NCBI RefSeq assembly: GCF_009914755.1
Contig: NC_060930.1
Strand: one strand, 5' to 3'
DNA length: 64,000 nucleotides
Source of the DNA: the human T2T-CHM13v2.0 reference genome, Homo sapiens
In this document: one piece after another, positions 42,165 to 55,501 of the stretch
Layout: each line of letters starts with the position of its first letter
How positions within the stretch are numbered: position 1 is the stretch's first letter
Notes under the pieces: generated by a model
Database searches by the model: none
Told to the model about the DNA's origin: nothing
The model's input: only the letters and a program-made list of their open reading frames with translations
Program-made: the position numbers and the translations under genes

Positions 42165-45105
42165 CATACACACTCACACACAAACATTCACATACATCTT
42201 CACACACACCCACGCTCACATACACACACACATATATTCATATACACATTCACACACATCCATATGCGCCGTCACACACACACACATATTCATATACATC
42301 TTCACACACACCCACGCTCACATACACACACACACACATTCATATACACATTCACACACATCCATATACAGCTTCACACACACCCACACACAAACATTCA
42401 TATACATCTTCACACACACCCACGCTCACATACACACATATTCATAGACACATTCACACACATCCATATACACCTTCACACACACACACACACAAACATA
42501 TACATCTTCACACACACCCACGCTCACACACACACACATACATTCATATACACATTCACACACATCCATATACACCTTCACTCACACCCACACACACATT
42601 CATATACACCTTCACACACACCCACGCTCACATACACACACACACATATTCATATACACATTCACACACATCCATATACACCTTTACACACACATTCATA
42701 TACATCTTCACACACACCCACGCTCACATACACACACATATTCATATACACATTCACACACATCCATATACACCTTTACACACACATTCATATACATCTT
42801 CACACACACCCACGCTCACATACACACACATTCATATACATCTTCACACACACCCACGCTCACATACACATTCATATACATCTTCACACACATCCACACA
42901 CATTCATATACATCTTCACCCACACTCATACACACATATCCATATACACATTTACACACCCACACTTATACATTCACACACATCCATATACGCCTTCACA
43001 CACACCCACACACACATAACACATTCATATACATCTTCACACACTCACACTCACACACATTCATATACACATTCACACACACCCACACTCATATACACCT
43101 ACCTACATTCATATACACACACATTTACACACATTCATATACATTTTTACACACCCACACACACACTCACACATTCATATACACATTCTGACACACACAC
43201 GCCCACACACACATTCATATACATCTTCACACAGTGACACTCACATACACACACACATATTCATATACACATTCACACACATCCATATACACCACACACA
43301 CAAACATATACATCTTCACACACACCCACGCTCACACACACACATACATTCATATACACATTCACACACATCCATATACACCTTCACTCACACCCACACA
43401 CAGATTCATATACATCTTCACACACACCCACACTCACATACACACACATATATTCATATACACATTCACACACATCCATATACACATTTACACACACATT
43501 CATATACATCTTCACACACACCCACGCTCACATACACACATTCATATATATCTTCACACACACCCACGCTCACATACACACACATTCATATACATCTTCA
43601 CACACATCCACACACATTCATATACATCGTCACACACTCACACTCATACACACATATCCATATACACATTTACACACACCCACACTTATACACATTCACA
43701 CACATCCATATACACCTTCACACACACCCACACACACATACACACATTCATATACATCTTCACACACACTCACATTCATATACACACTCACACACATTCA
43801 TATACACATTCCCACACACCCACTCATACACACTCACACGCATTCATATACATCTTCACACACCCACACTCATATACACCTACCTACATTCATATGCACA
43901 CACACATTCACACACATTCATATACATTTTTACACACCCACACACTCACACTCACACATTCATATACACATTCTCACACACCCACACACACACACATTCA
44001 TATACATCTTCACACACACTGACACTCATATACACACACACATATTCATATACACATTCACACACATCCATATACACCTTCACACACACACATTCATATA
44101 CATCTTTCACACCCATGCTCACATACACACACAAACATTCATATACATCTTCACACACACCCACACACACATTCATATACATCTTCACACACATTCACAC
44201 ACACGTCCTTATACACATTTACACACACCCACACTTATACACATTCACACACATCCATATACACCTTCATACACACACATTCATATACATCTTCACACAC
44301 CCACGTTCACATACACATATTCATATACACATTCACACAATCCATATACACCCTCACACACACACACATTCATGTACATCCTCTCACACACACACACATA
44401 TCCATATACACATTTACACACACCCACACTTATACACATTTACACACATCCATATACACCCTCACACACACCCATACAAACATACACACTCACATTTATA
44501 TACATCTTCACACACACATTCATATACACACTCACACACATTCATATACACATTGCCACACACCCACTCATAGACACACACACTCATATACATCTTCACA
44601 CACCCACACTCATATACACCTACCTACATTCATATACACACACTCACATACACATTCACACACACATTCATATACATTTTACACACCCACACACTCACAC
44701 ACATTCATATACACATTCTCACACACCCACACAAAACACAAAAACATTCATATACATATTCATAGACACATTCACATACATCTCACACACCCCACACACT
44801 TACACACACATTCAAATACAGTCTCATGCACACATATTTATATACATATTGTCATACACACACTCATACACACTCATATACGCTCATACATTTATATACA
44901 CATTCTCACACCTCGACACACTCACATGCACTTATCTATACACTCATACATGGAGACACTCAGATACTTAGATACACACACACATACATGCAGACACACA
45001 CTCCAACACTCCTACACACATTCACCCCCCTCACACACCCACACATGTATATACACTCACATCCTGAAGCACACTCAGACACATACTAACTCTCAGAAAC
45101 ACACT
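42165..45105 (+). repeat. 2.9-kb complex CA/TA-rich tandem array with higher-order structure
   Basis: Recurrent modules CATTCATATACATCTTCACAC, CCCACGCTCACATAC and CACATCCATATACACC. Almost no G on the plus strand. Confidence 0.97.
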
Positions 45106-45268
45106 TATCCCTCAGAGGGGGTAGGACCAGCCTAGGAAAGAGTCCTTCTGGGAGAATGGCATGGCTGGTGACTGCCAAGGGGTAGGCAGAAGCCTAGGAC
45201 TGGGCAGGGAGCCCAAGAGTAGGGGGTGGTGCTGTGGGCCACTGTGCAGAGGCCAGGACTGTGAATGA

Positions 45269-45979
<711 letters not shown>

Positions 45980-46399
45980 TGAGTTTAGTGCAGGGCAAAC
46001 TGTCTCCCTCCCCACATCCCCCACCCAAAGCAATGGGAACTACTGGCATTTTAGTCTTAAAGGCCAAATGAATCACCTGTGTGCATGTGGTGGGGGCAGG
46101 AGGGGCAGGCATTAGTAGATTGATTTGAACCAGTTCCCTCTTTGAGAACTGGCTCTCTCCTGCCCTCTCCAAAATGTTCTCCACCAACCCCTCAACATGC
46201 AGTCCTGGCAGGGTGAGTCCCACTTCTCCCTGTTGGTGCCAGAGAGCTGAGCCACCCTCACAGCCAGCCAAAGGAAGGGACCCTATGGGCAAGAAGACCA
46301 GCCATCATCCGGAACCGGGTGTCCTCCCTTAAGGGGACTTGGGCAACACCCTTTACAGGACTTTGTAGGGTAACAGCAAGAGGATCACCATGCTGTCCT

Positions 46400-47010
46400 C
46401 ACAGGGCTTGCATCTGGGAGGGGCTCTTCCCTGTCTTGGAACTGAGCCTGGACAACTCAGGTGCCCTCCAACCTGTTCTCTACCTGAGCCAAAGAGGTTT
46501 TTTCCAAAACACAAATCGGATCCCATCCAGCCCTTGCTTAAAACCTTTCAAACGTTTCCCAGTGCCCTCCGGATAATTCCTTAATGCAGCACAACATGCA
46601 AGATCTGCCATTGCACCTCACCTCCTCTTCCCCTCCCCATGTCATGATCCTCACCCATTGAAAGGAATGCCACCCCTCTCCCAGTTCTGGGATGCTCACC
46701 CCCACTCCCAGCTCACTCATCATCCTGCAGATCTCAGCTCCACCTCTCCTGGAAAGTCTTCCTAGATCCACCCCTGGGTCTCAAGCTGAAGCCTCCTCTC
46801 TGCTCTAGGGGACATTGTATCTCTTCTGTCCTGGCACTGATCACAGTGTGTTGAAACAGTCTGTTTGCTCCTCAGCCTTCCCATCTCAACCAGGAGCTCA
46901 GGAGGGAAGGGATACATCTGTCTTACTCATCATTAAGCTCCTAGCCCCAAGCACAGCACCTGGCACAGAGGAGGTGCTGGATAAACTTGAATAAATGAAT
47001 CGATCAATCA
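46400..47010 (+). mobile_element. L2 3' fragment
   Basis: CCTTGCTTAAAACCTTTC...AGCACAGCACCTGGCACAGAGGAGGTGCT...AATAAATGAAT. Confidence 0.75.
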
Positions 47011-50000
47011 GTCAACAGCCCATCACTACCCAGGGCCATTTTGCACACCTTCCAGGGCTGGCCTGAGGCAAGCATGCCCACACCCCTCTGCTCATGCCCC
47101 TCAACCCACTGCTTCATATGGCACGGTAAGTCTGGCTCCCCACCCTCTGGAAAGAATCCTCTGTATAGACCCCTTCCCCTAACCAAGCCCCACCACCTTC
47201 AGGGAAGGCTGAGCTCTAATCCAGGACACCACTCCAGGAAGTCCCTGACTGCCTCCACAACCTCACCTGCTCCAAACTCCTACAAAGCCTTTCACTGGGG
47301 CCACCCTTTGGCTTATATCACAATGTACTTTTTTGGGTTCACTGTCCGTTCCCCTAAGGCTCTTGGCCTCCCATGAAGGCTGGGGCCCTGGCAGACAGAA
47401 CCAGCAGGTGCTACCTGGGCTGCACTCTGAGGCAGGCCCTGTACTGGGTCCTCTAGAAAGATAGGCCAGCCTGGCCCTGCTGAGAACTCGGGATGGAGCA
47501 GGCTCGGGAAGCCAGGGGTTCTACTGTTTCCTTTCTCACCCTAGGCCCTGCTGGGGACCAGGACCTGGAAATGAACATCAGAGGAGGAAGGCCTCAGTGT
47601 GGAAGGGTATCAGCCATCAGGCAGAATCCAAGGAGAGGAAAGAGCTAAGATTGGGCCATCAGAAGCCAGACTCCCAGTCCTGGGGCAGGAACCCAGGGGG
47701 GTCAGGGAACAGTCCCAGCAGAAGAGAAGGTGAATGGGAAGCTTCCCTCCATCTGCCTTGGCTGCTGCTCAGCTGGGAGAGGCTTCTACAGAGGTGAAGG
47801 ACTCACTAAAAGCGTAGGGCTATGTGTATGTCTTCCCCAAACCCCTGCAGCAGTTCACCAGCCTCTTGGCAGTGGCGCAGCCAACCCCCTGCCCAAATCA
47901 CCAATGCTCTCGGTACCAATCAGCAGAGGTTAGATGCGTGCTGGCCTAGTGCGTGCTGGCCCCTGGCAATGGGCCAGAAGTACAGAAGATTTGGTGCTGG
48001 CGTGACTGGAAGGCTCTCTGCACAGACATCCTTACGACCCCCTCCACACACAAACACATTTTCAAGCTTAAGGATGGGGCTTGAGAAGGTGGTCCATTTC
48101 CCCTGGGCAGCCATGAGATGGGGACCTATGTCCCCCACTCACACTGGGCCATCCATGCTGATGCTGGCCAGGAGACCCACGTTAGCTTCTGACTTTGCCA
48201 TCAACCTGCTAGGTAACCTCAGATAAGCCCCATCCTCCTCTCTGTAAAGTGGGTGCAATAATCCCTGCTCAACTCACCCCACAGTGTTGCCATAATGATC
48301 AGATGAGGTTGTGCCCATGAAAATGCTCAGCGAACTTTAGAATCTACAAAATGAAATGTTTCTGATTATCATTCTTGTTGTTATTATCATCTAAGGAAAC
48401 TAACTCTGCTGCCTTATTGAAATCAGCAGTTTCATCTCCCTTCGAGATCCCCTTGCTCAGCAACCATCACGGCTCCCCTTTGCCTACAGGACAAAGGCCA
48501 CATTCTGTGGTCTAGATGTTCATCTGGCCTAAGCCTACTTTCCAGTTTTATCTCCCTTGCCTTTTAGTCTCACTGGTCCTTTTGGAGTTCCCCCAGCACA
48601 TTTTTTGTCTTTCTGCCTCCATGCCTTTGTCCATGCTGTTCCCCCTCCTGGAACGCCCTCCCCCATTGCCACCTATGGAATTTAACTCCATCTTTCAAGA
48701 CCAAACTGTGGTACCAGCTCTTCCATGAAGCCTCTCTCTCAGCTCAGCCAGAAGTGCTCTCTCCTTCTCTGTAAGGGACGTGGTTTTCATCAAATGCCAT
48801 GACACTTTCTGGCACAGAGTTAGTGCTCACAAAATGAAAGTTGCAATGACCACGCCCTGCACTCTAAACACTGACTCATTTCATCCTTACTACAACCCCA
48901 TGGTTGTGTACTATTAGCATCCCCATTTTCCAGATAGAAAAAATCAAGGTGTAGAAAGGCTAAATACCTTGCCCAAAAGAGCATCAGACCAGGGCTTGAA
49001 CCTGATCAGCTGACTTTGGAACTCGTATGTGCCTCTAATCATGAGGAACTGCACCATGTCTATTTATTCAGTTTTGCTGTCCCCTGCCCAGCCCAGGGCC
49101 TGGCTTGGAGCAGGTGCTCAGTAAATATTTGCTGGCTTCAGCACTCATTCCTCAAGCCTCCTGTGCACAGTCATCTCACTGTCCTGGGAGTCTCTTAAAG
49201 GCAAGGCCCAGTGGCTGGCTCAGAGGGGTCCCAGGAAACGTGGCCAAATGGCTCCACTCACCTGCATATCCATACATGTCCTCATGCATCAGAGTGCCAG
49301 ACTAAGGCTGGAAGAGATAGGGCTGCAACCCTTGGGCCAGCAGCACGAGGCTGTCTGGTAGCACACTTGGTGACCAAGTTGGCTGCTGGACAGGGTCAGA
49401 GATTAACCCACCCTCTGTGGTCATGACAGGGTGTCAGGAGAGCCCTGAGCAGGGTGGGGAGGGAAGCAGGAATAACTCTCAAAGTCTGAGTGCAAGGAGC
49501 TCTAGGAAGCACCTAACCCAATTATTCACTCCCATTTAACAGATAAGGAAGGTGAGGCACTGGAGTTGGAATGACTTGCTGGAAGATGAAGAGCACAGAA
49601 AAGGCTTGCAAAGGTGCCAGCATTTCTGGGCCTTTCCTCCTCACCCTGTAGGTGGGCACGGGCCCCCTCCTCCCCCTTGGAGAGCTTGATAGTCACCCCC
49701 ATGTAGCCCAGGAACCAAGAGGCCTGAGCTCTTTGGTGATCTCAGCCCCAGAGAAAAGGGTGCCCTCAGACAGCTTTGCTAGGCTGCTGTGCCCAGCCAG
49801 CAGCAGCCCCTTCAAAGAGAACAGGGAGAGAGGTTGGGAGAAGGCCAGCCACTAATTGTGGAAAATAAATCAGAGACATCTAAACCACACAGTTGAAGAA
49901 GGGCCAGTTGCACACAGACATGTTTCCTTTTGTGTTCTTGCTCACCAAGTTTAATTGTTAATTGAAAGCTGGGAGTTATATAAGTTATGGGGATACCAAA

Positions 50001-50300
50001 GAAGGAGTTGGAACAAGCTGTTGAAAATTACCCACTTGCTGAGTGGTTTGTGAGGCAAGGAGGGGTCTCAAAAAAGCGGGCAGCTGACCCCAAGAGGGCA
50101 ACCAGAACAAAACCATCCGCTAAGAACTCTCTCCATCTGCAGCCGCATGATTCCTGGAGCTTAAGAGCAACGAATGTGTGTTCAAGCTGCTGATTTCCCA
50201 CAAGTGCACATGGAAATTCAAAAGTAATGCCATGATATTGATTATCAGTTTAATAATCAGACAAAATCTCCCACATATCTGACCCTGCGCCACTTGTAAG

Positions 50301-50425
50301 CAGGGCTGTGTCTCCCTCTCTGAGGGGGATCCCTGGGGACAGGGCTGTGTCTCCCCTTAGACTGGGGCTCCCTGAGGACGGGGCTGTGTCTCCCTCAGAC
50401 TAGGACTCCCTGAGGCAGGGGCGTG
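50301..50425 (+). repeat. About 3 copies of the same 39-bp unit as 2100-2735
   Basis: 50359-50401 matches 2283-2325 at 42 of 43 bp. Confidence 0.93.
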
Positions 50426-50841
50426 GTTTCTCTATGAAATCAACCTCACCTCACCAACCTGGGTTGAGGAACCAGAGACCTGCAGCCACCTGTCACCATT
50501 GGAAAATGTCAGGACACACCCTCATGTCAGAGTGGGAAGGGTTAAGACAGAGCTTGGAAACTGCAGTTCTCAGGAACACCTTTCTCATCAGCCAGCCCTT
50601 CCTGTCCTGACTGCTGCCAGGACTTAGATTGGCCTCTGATGGGTTCCAGCTCACAGCTAGGCCTCCTGCATTCTGACCCTCAGGCAGTGGTGTCCTGTAA
50701 TGACCCACCACGGGTATTCCCAGCCGCCTGAGCCAGGGAGGGCTGGCATTAGGATGGAGTGGGATGCAGGGAGGGAATGGGCAGCACTGCCATGGGGAGG
50801 AAGCAGAGTACAAGGGAGGGGACGCTGGGGCCTGAGGCCCT

Positions 50842-50978
50842 GGGACCTGGGGTAGGAGGAGACGGTGAGGCCTGGGGTAGGAGGGGATGCTGGGACTTGG
50901 GGTAGGAGGAGACAGTGGGGCCTGGGGTAGGAGGGGACACTGGGGCCTGGGGTGGGAGGGGACGGTGGGGGCTGGGGT
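50842..50978 (+). repeat. G-rich 25-bp minisatellite, ~5.5 copies (GGGCCTGGGGTAGGAGGRGACRSTG)
   Basis: Exact period of 25: 50846, 50871, 50896, 50921, 50946, 50971. Confidence 0.93.
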
Positions 50979-51998
50979 GCCAGAGACTCCCTCTGGCCAC
51001 CTGGCCCTGTAGCCTGGAAGCCCAGGGTGGGGTGACATGGGCTGCCCTTCCCACATGGGCTAGTTTCTTTTGCTGCCACCAGACCCAGGGAGAGGCCTCC
51101 TTATAGCCTCCAGCCTGGGCAGCAGTCCGTGGCTCTCCCGAACCCCTCCTCAGCCATGAGTCATTCCCAGCAGTCTGCATGAGCCAAGGCAGCAAACCCC
51201 ATCCCACAGCCTGCAGAGAGCCTGGGACAAACTGCATGACTGGCCAGATGCAGGTGCCCAGCACAGGAGCATCCAGCCTGGTCTGGATGGGAAGACTGAA
51301 TCTTGGATCTTCAGAAATCCCGGCTTTGGTTTCCCAAACACTGTCTCTTCCCCACCCCCACCTCCCAGCTCCCTCCTTGCCCGGCTCACTGAGATTGTGG
51401 TGCATTTCTCATTTTTACCTTGTCTCTCACCCAGACCTCCTCTAAGCATCCTTGGGCCCTTCGGGACTCAGCTCAAATATCTTCCACCCTGGAAAGTCCC
51501 CTGTTCACCTTTTCGCACCCTTGGCTGCATAGGCCCACACCTCTTCCTTGTTAGACAGGGAGCTGCAAAGAGCAGCCGGGACTCTATTTCATCCTTTTCT
51601 GTCCCCTAACAGTCAGAGCAGCGCCTGGCCCATAGGATGCGCTCGTGATAGCGTTTCCAAAGACGGATCCAGCCAGGAGTTAGATAAAACCACTCAGACC
51701 CTAATAACCAATATTTGCTGGTCCCAGCTGCTGACAAAGTCCCAACTATTCCTGGACAGGTCAAGGAGGCTCTCTGCCTAGTACAATGACCTGCTACAAT
51801 GACCTGGTATCACACTCCCCAAGGACCACACGCAAATGGCACCACTGATGTGCCTGAGCCTTCAGGGTGCCTCAAAGCTGTATAGTGGTGTGTGGTAAAA
51901 AGCAGAGAAGGCTTCTTACTCCCCTTCTGTTCCTCTCTGAGAACATCCAAAACAGAGCTGCTGTGCCCGGCATCTTTTAGAAGGTTAGAAGACAGTGT

Positions 51999-52221
51999 GT
52001 GGTCAGTGTGGGGACTGATTTCAACATCATTCCACCCCCTGCTGTGTGCCTTACTGGCCTGCAGAGACAGGAAGAGCCAAAAAACTACATTTCCCAGTCT
52101 CCTCCCCTGCTGTTGGGATTGGGATATAATTCAGGTTTAGCCAATCAGATGCACGTGCATGAAATTTGGAAGGCTGTGCTTCTGCAGCGCCAGCTGCTTT
52201 CTGGGAATAAGAAGGGGTGTG

Positions 52222-52256
<35 letters not shown>

Positions 52257-52604
52257 TGCTGCAGTACGGGCAGAGGGGGTCAAGAGGAGAGACACAGTGT
52301 GTCTGGCTCCTAGCATGGACCCCAGCAGGTGCAGTGTGGAGCTGGCAGCAGTGGCAGCCTCCTGATCACACTGCAGTGTGGTTCTGGGGCTGGTGACCTC
52401 ATGATTGCCAAAGAGGCAGCAGCTCCCTTGGTGGCCCAGTTCTGCAGTGTGACTTTGAGAGCTGTTCCTGAAAGCTCCACCTTAAGCCTATGTCTTCGAC
52501 CCTGCCAATAGTTGTGTAGCCATTTCATACTCTGTGATAAGTCCCTTTCACTTAAACCAGTCAGAGCAGATTCTGTTCTCTGCAACAGAATCCTGATGGA
52601 CACA
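51999..52604 (+). mobile_element. LTR33-like ERVL solo LTR containing (GTT)n at ~52222-52255
   Basis: AAACTACATTTCCCAG, AGCCAATCAGATGCAC, CCCAGTTCTGCAGTGTG and a GATTCTGTT..CTGCAAC...ACA end. Confidence 0.75.
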
Positions 52605-52623
52605 CAATGCTTTATATCCTAGT

Positions 52624-52969
52624 CCTATACAGAGCCACACAGCTCTTGGTAGCAGACTGAGACTGGGCCCAGGGTCCAAGCTCCTTGAATAAGGCCTGAC
52701 TGTGCATGTGTGCACGTACCAGGGAGGCAGGGGGCTCATCCGGCCCCATCCTCCCCTGGCCCCACAGCGGGCACTCACAGAATTCCTGAGGAGAAGACAG
52801 GGAGAACCCAATGCCTGTGGAAGTTTAAACAGCAGTGTGTGGGCTGAGCAAGCATGCCAGGGCTACCTGGCTAGGCATGCTAGGGGCTTGGAGCAGAGTT
52901 CAAGTGCCAGGGAATGGAGCCGATCTGTAGGTTTGGACAGAGGAAGTGGAGGCTGGGATGGTGGGCTTC
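52624..52969 (+). repeat. Inverted local duplication, copy 1 (partner 63522-63862)
   Basis: About 345 bp with ~27 differences by eye (~92%) to the reverse complement of copy 2. Confidence 0.97.
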
Positions 52970-55121
52970 CTGTGGCCTGCTCTCTTTCAGACCCAGATAT
53001 GAGTCCACCAGGGAGCTGGGCCAGAGCAAATCCAGTCACAATCATCAGCCTGGCTTAAAACGGCCCTTGTCCTACGACTGTCCACCTGACTCTCTCTTCC
53101 CTTTGAATAAGTTCTTTTCTGGGAGTTTCTTTAGATCTTATGCATGTCTGAATTCCATCCAAGGAAGGTAAATAGATTCTCATTTCATCTCTCAACTCTG
53201 ATCAGTTAGTAGTGACGACCTGGACCAGTATATGAGAAAAAGTGTGAGGCTACTTCTGGACTCGGAAGGGGAAAGTGCTAGGATTGGCTAGTGATGCCTG
53301 CCGTGGGTGCAGAAGCGGATATTGACAATGTGCATGCTGTGTGATCGCTTACATATTTGAGGGAGAAATGAACAAAGGTGCTTCCTGCTTAAGGCAGACT
53401 GGGATTCATCTAGCCATACACTCCCCAGACAGCTTCTGGCCCTAATGCCACCCCAAAGGTTCCTGATACCACTCACCAATTTCCCCAACTCAGCATTTGT
53501 TCACTGGCGCATTTTATCAACTATTTCCAGAGCTTCCTGATTCCTTTTCCCCAACGTAAGCTCTCTCCAACTCTTATAGTCCCCTACCCTGTGCTCCAGG
53601 TTCACACTAACTGTCACGCCCACCGGGGTTCTGATCTCTTGGGAGCTGACCTCAGGAAAGAGCTGAAGCTGATAGGGACTGATTCCTTGAACTAAAGTAA
53701 GTGCAACCCCCTCCAGGAACATTCCTGACCTCTCAGGCTCTCCACAGGCCCTCCCTCTGTGGTCTTGCTCACTGTCTCTGGTGCCCAATCAGTGCTGGGC
53801 ACTCAGTAAGCGCTTGATAAGCCTGTGGATCAGTGAGAGGATACTCAGAAGTTTGGGAGTGACCTCACCAACCACTGGCTTCCCTTTTCCCATCCTTGCT
53901 TCCTGCCTATTCCCGTACTCAGATACCTTTGTTGACACTGACATTTGGCTTCCCAAATCTCCAGGAAGCCTGCACGCAATGGGGCACCCTGCATCCCATC
54001 TGAGTCACCACTGAACCCAAATCTGGCCTGCTGCAGAAGCTAGCTGCTGGGTGGGACAGAAAATTGTGCCCTTTGAGGGGCTCTCAGGCTCCCCTTTGAG
54101 GGAAGGCAGCCATCTCCTGGGCACTGCAGAGGTCAGAGTGGGTGGTAAGCCATTTTTCAGGGAAGAAAACAAGCCCTGAGCCCACCCCACGACATCCCTA
54201 CTCTGGGTTCTTGCTCACCCACCACACTGTTTCTGCTAAAGGAAAACAGATGGTGTGGTTAATTGGGATGTCTTAGCGGGCTCTGGTCCTCATTAAGGCT
54301 GAGGGTGGGGACAATGAGTGATATACCAGGTCATAAACAGTGGCTCGAGGGGGCAGGTGCCCTGATGCTCCCCAAGGACTGAGGGAGTAGTGGACAAGGC
54401 CACTGGTCTTGGGCAATGGGATCAGGCTGGAGTCCAGCCTCTCCCTGAGCCCAAGGCAGAGCCCAGTGACAACTCCTGGGGGGTCCAGATGCTCACAGCT
54501 GGAGAAAGTGAACATTGACTGGGGTGGCAGTGTGGGGCCGGGTGAAGGCAGCAACTGCGGAGGAGGCAAAGAAGCCCAGGGAAGGGTGGGCAGGAGCTGC
54601 TGGAGTCAGAGAATGCCCTAGAGGCAAATCTGGGGCCTGCCTCTTCCCGCCAGAGTACCAGAGCCTGACTCAGATAGCCCAGCCCCAGAACCCCACAGAG
54701 GGACATGAAGGGAAGGCACAGCCATCCCTCTCTCCAGGGGGCCCCATGCTAGAGAGAGGCAGTGGTTAAGAGCCAGGCTATCTGGGTTCAAGCCCTGGTT
54801 TTGCCAATCACTAGCTATGTGATGCTAGGCTACTGCCTCAATCCCTCTGTGCCTCAGTTTCCCTACCTGTGAAATGGGATAACAATCCCCCTAGATAATT
54901 GCAGTCGTTAATGAACTCAGAGCAGCACCTGGCACATAGTGCTATGTGTTCCATTTAGGTTATTATTCTTAAGGCAAGGGTCTCTGTGTCGGTGAAATGT
55001 GGGGGATACTCACTCCTCCCTGTCACCAGCAACAGCAGAGTCTCTTGGAAGTGTCTCCTTGCATAACCATCCTTCCCAACCTCTGAATCACCTCCCTCAC
55101 CCCGCCAGCATCCCCAAGTGA

Positions 55122-55501
<380 letters not shown>

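Noticed and set aside
42039-44971. Long His/Thr/Ile-rich ORFs (326, 262, 199 aa and others)
   Set aside because: They are open only because the CA/TA array nearly lacks G and TAA. Several frames are open at once, which is a repeat artefact.
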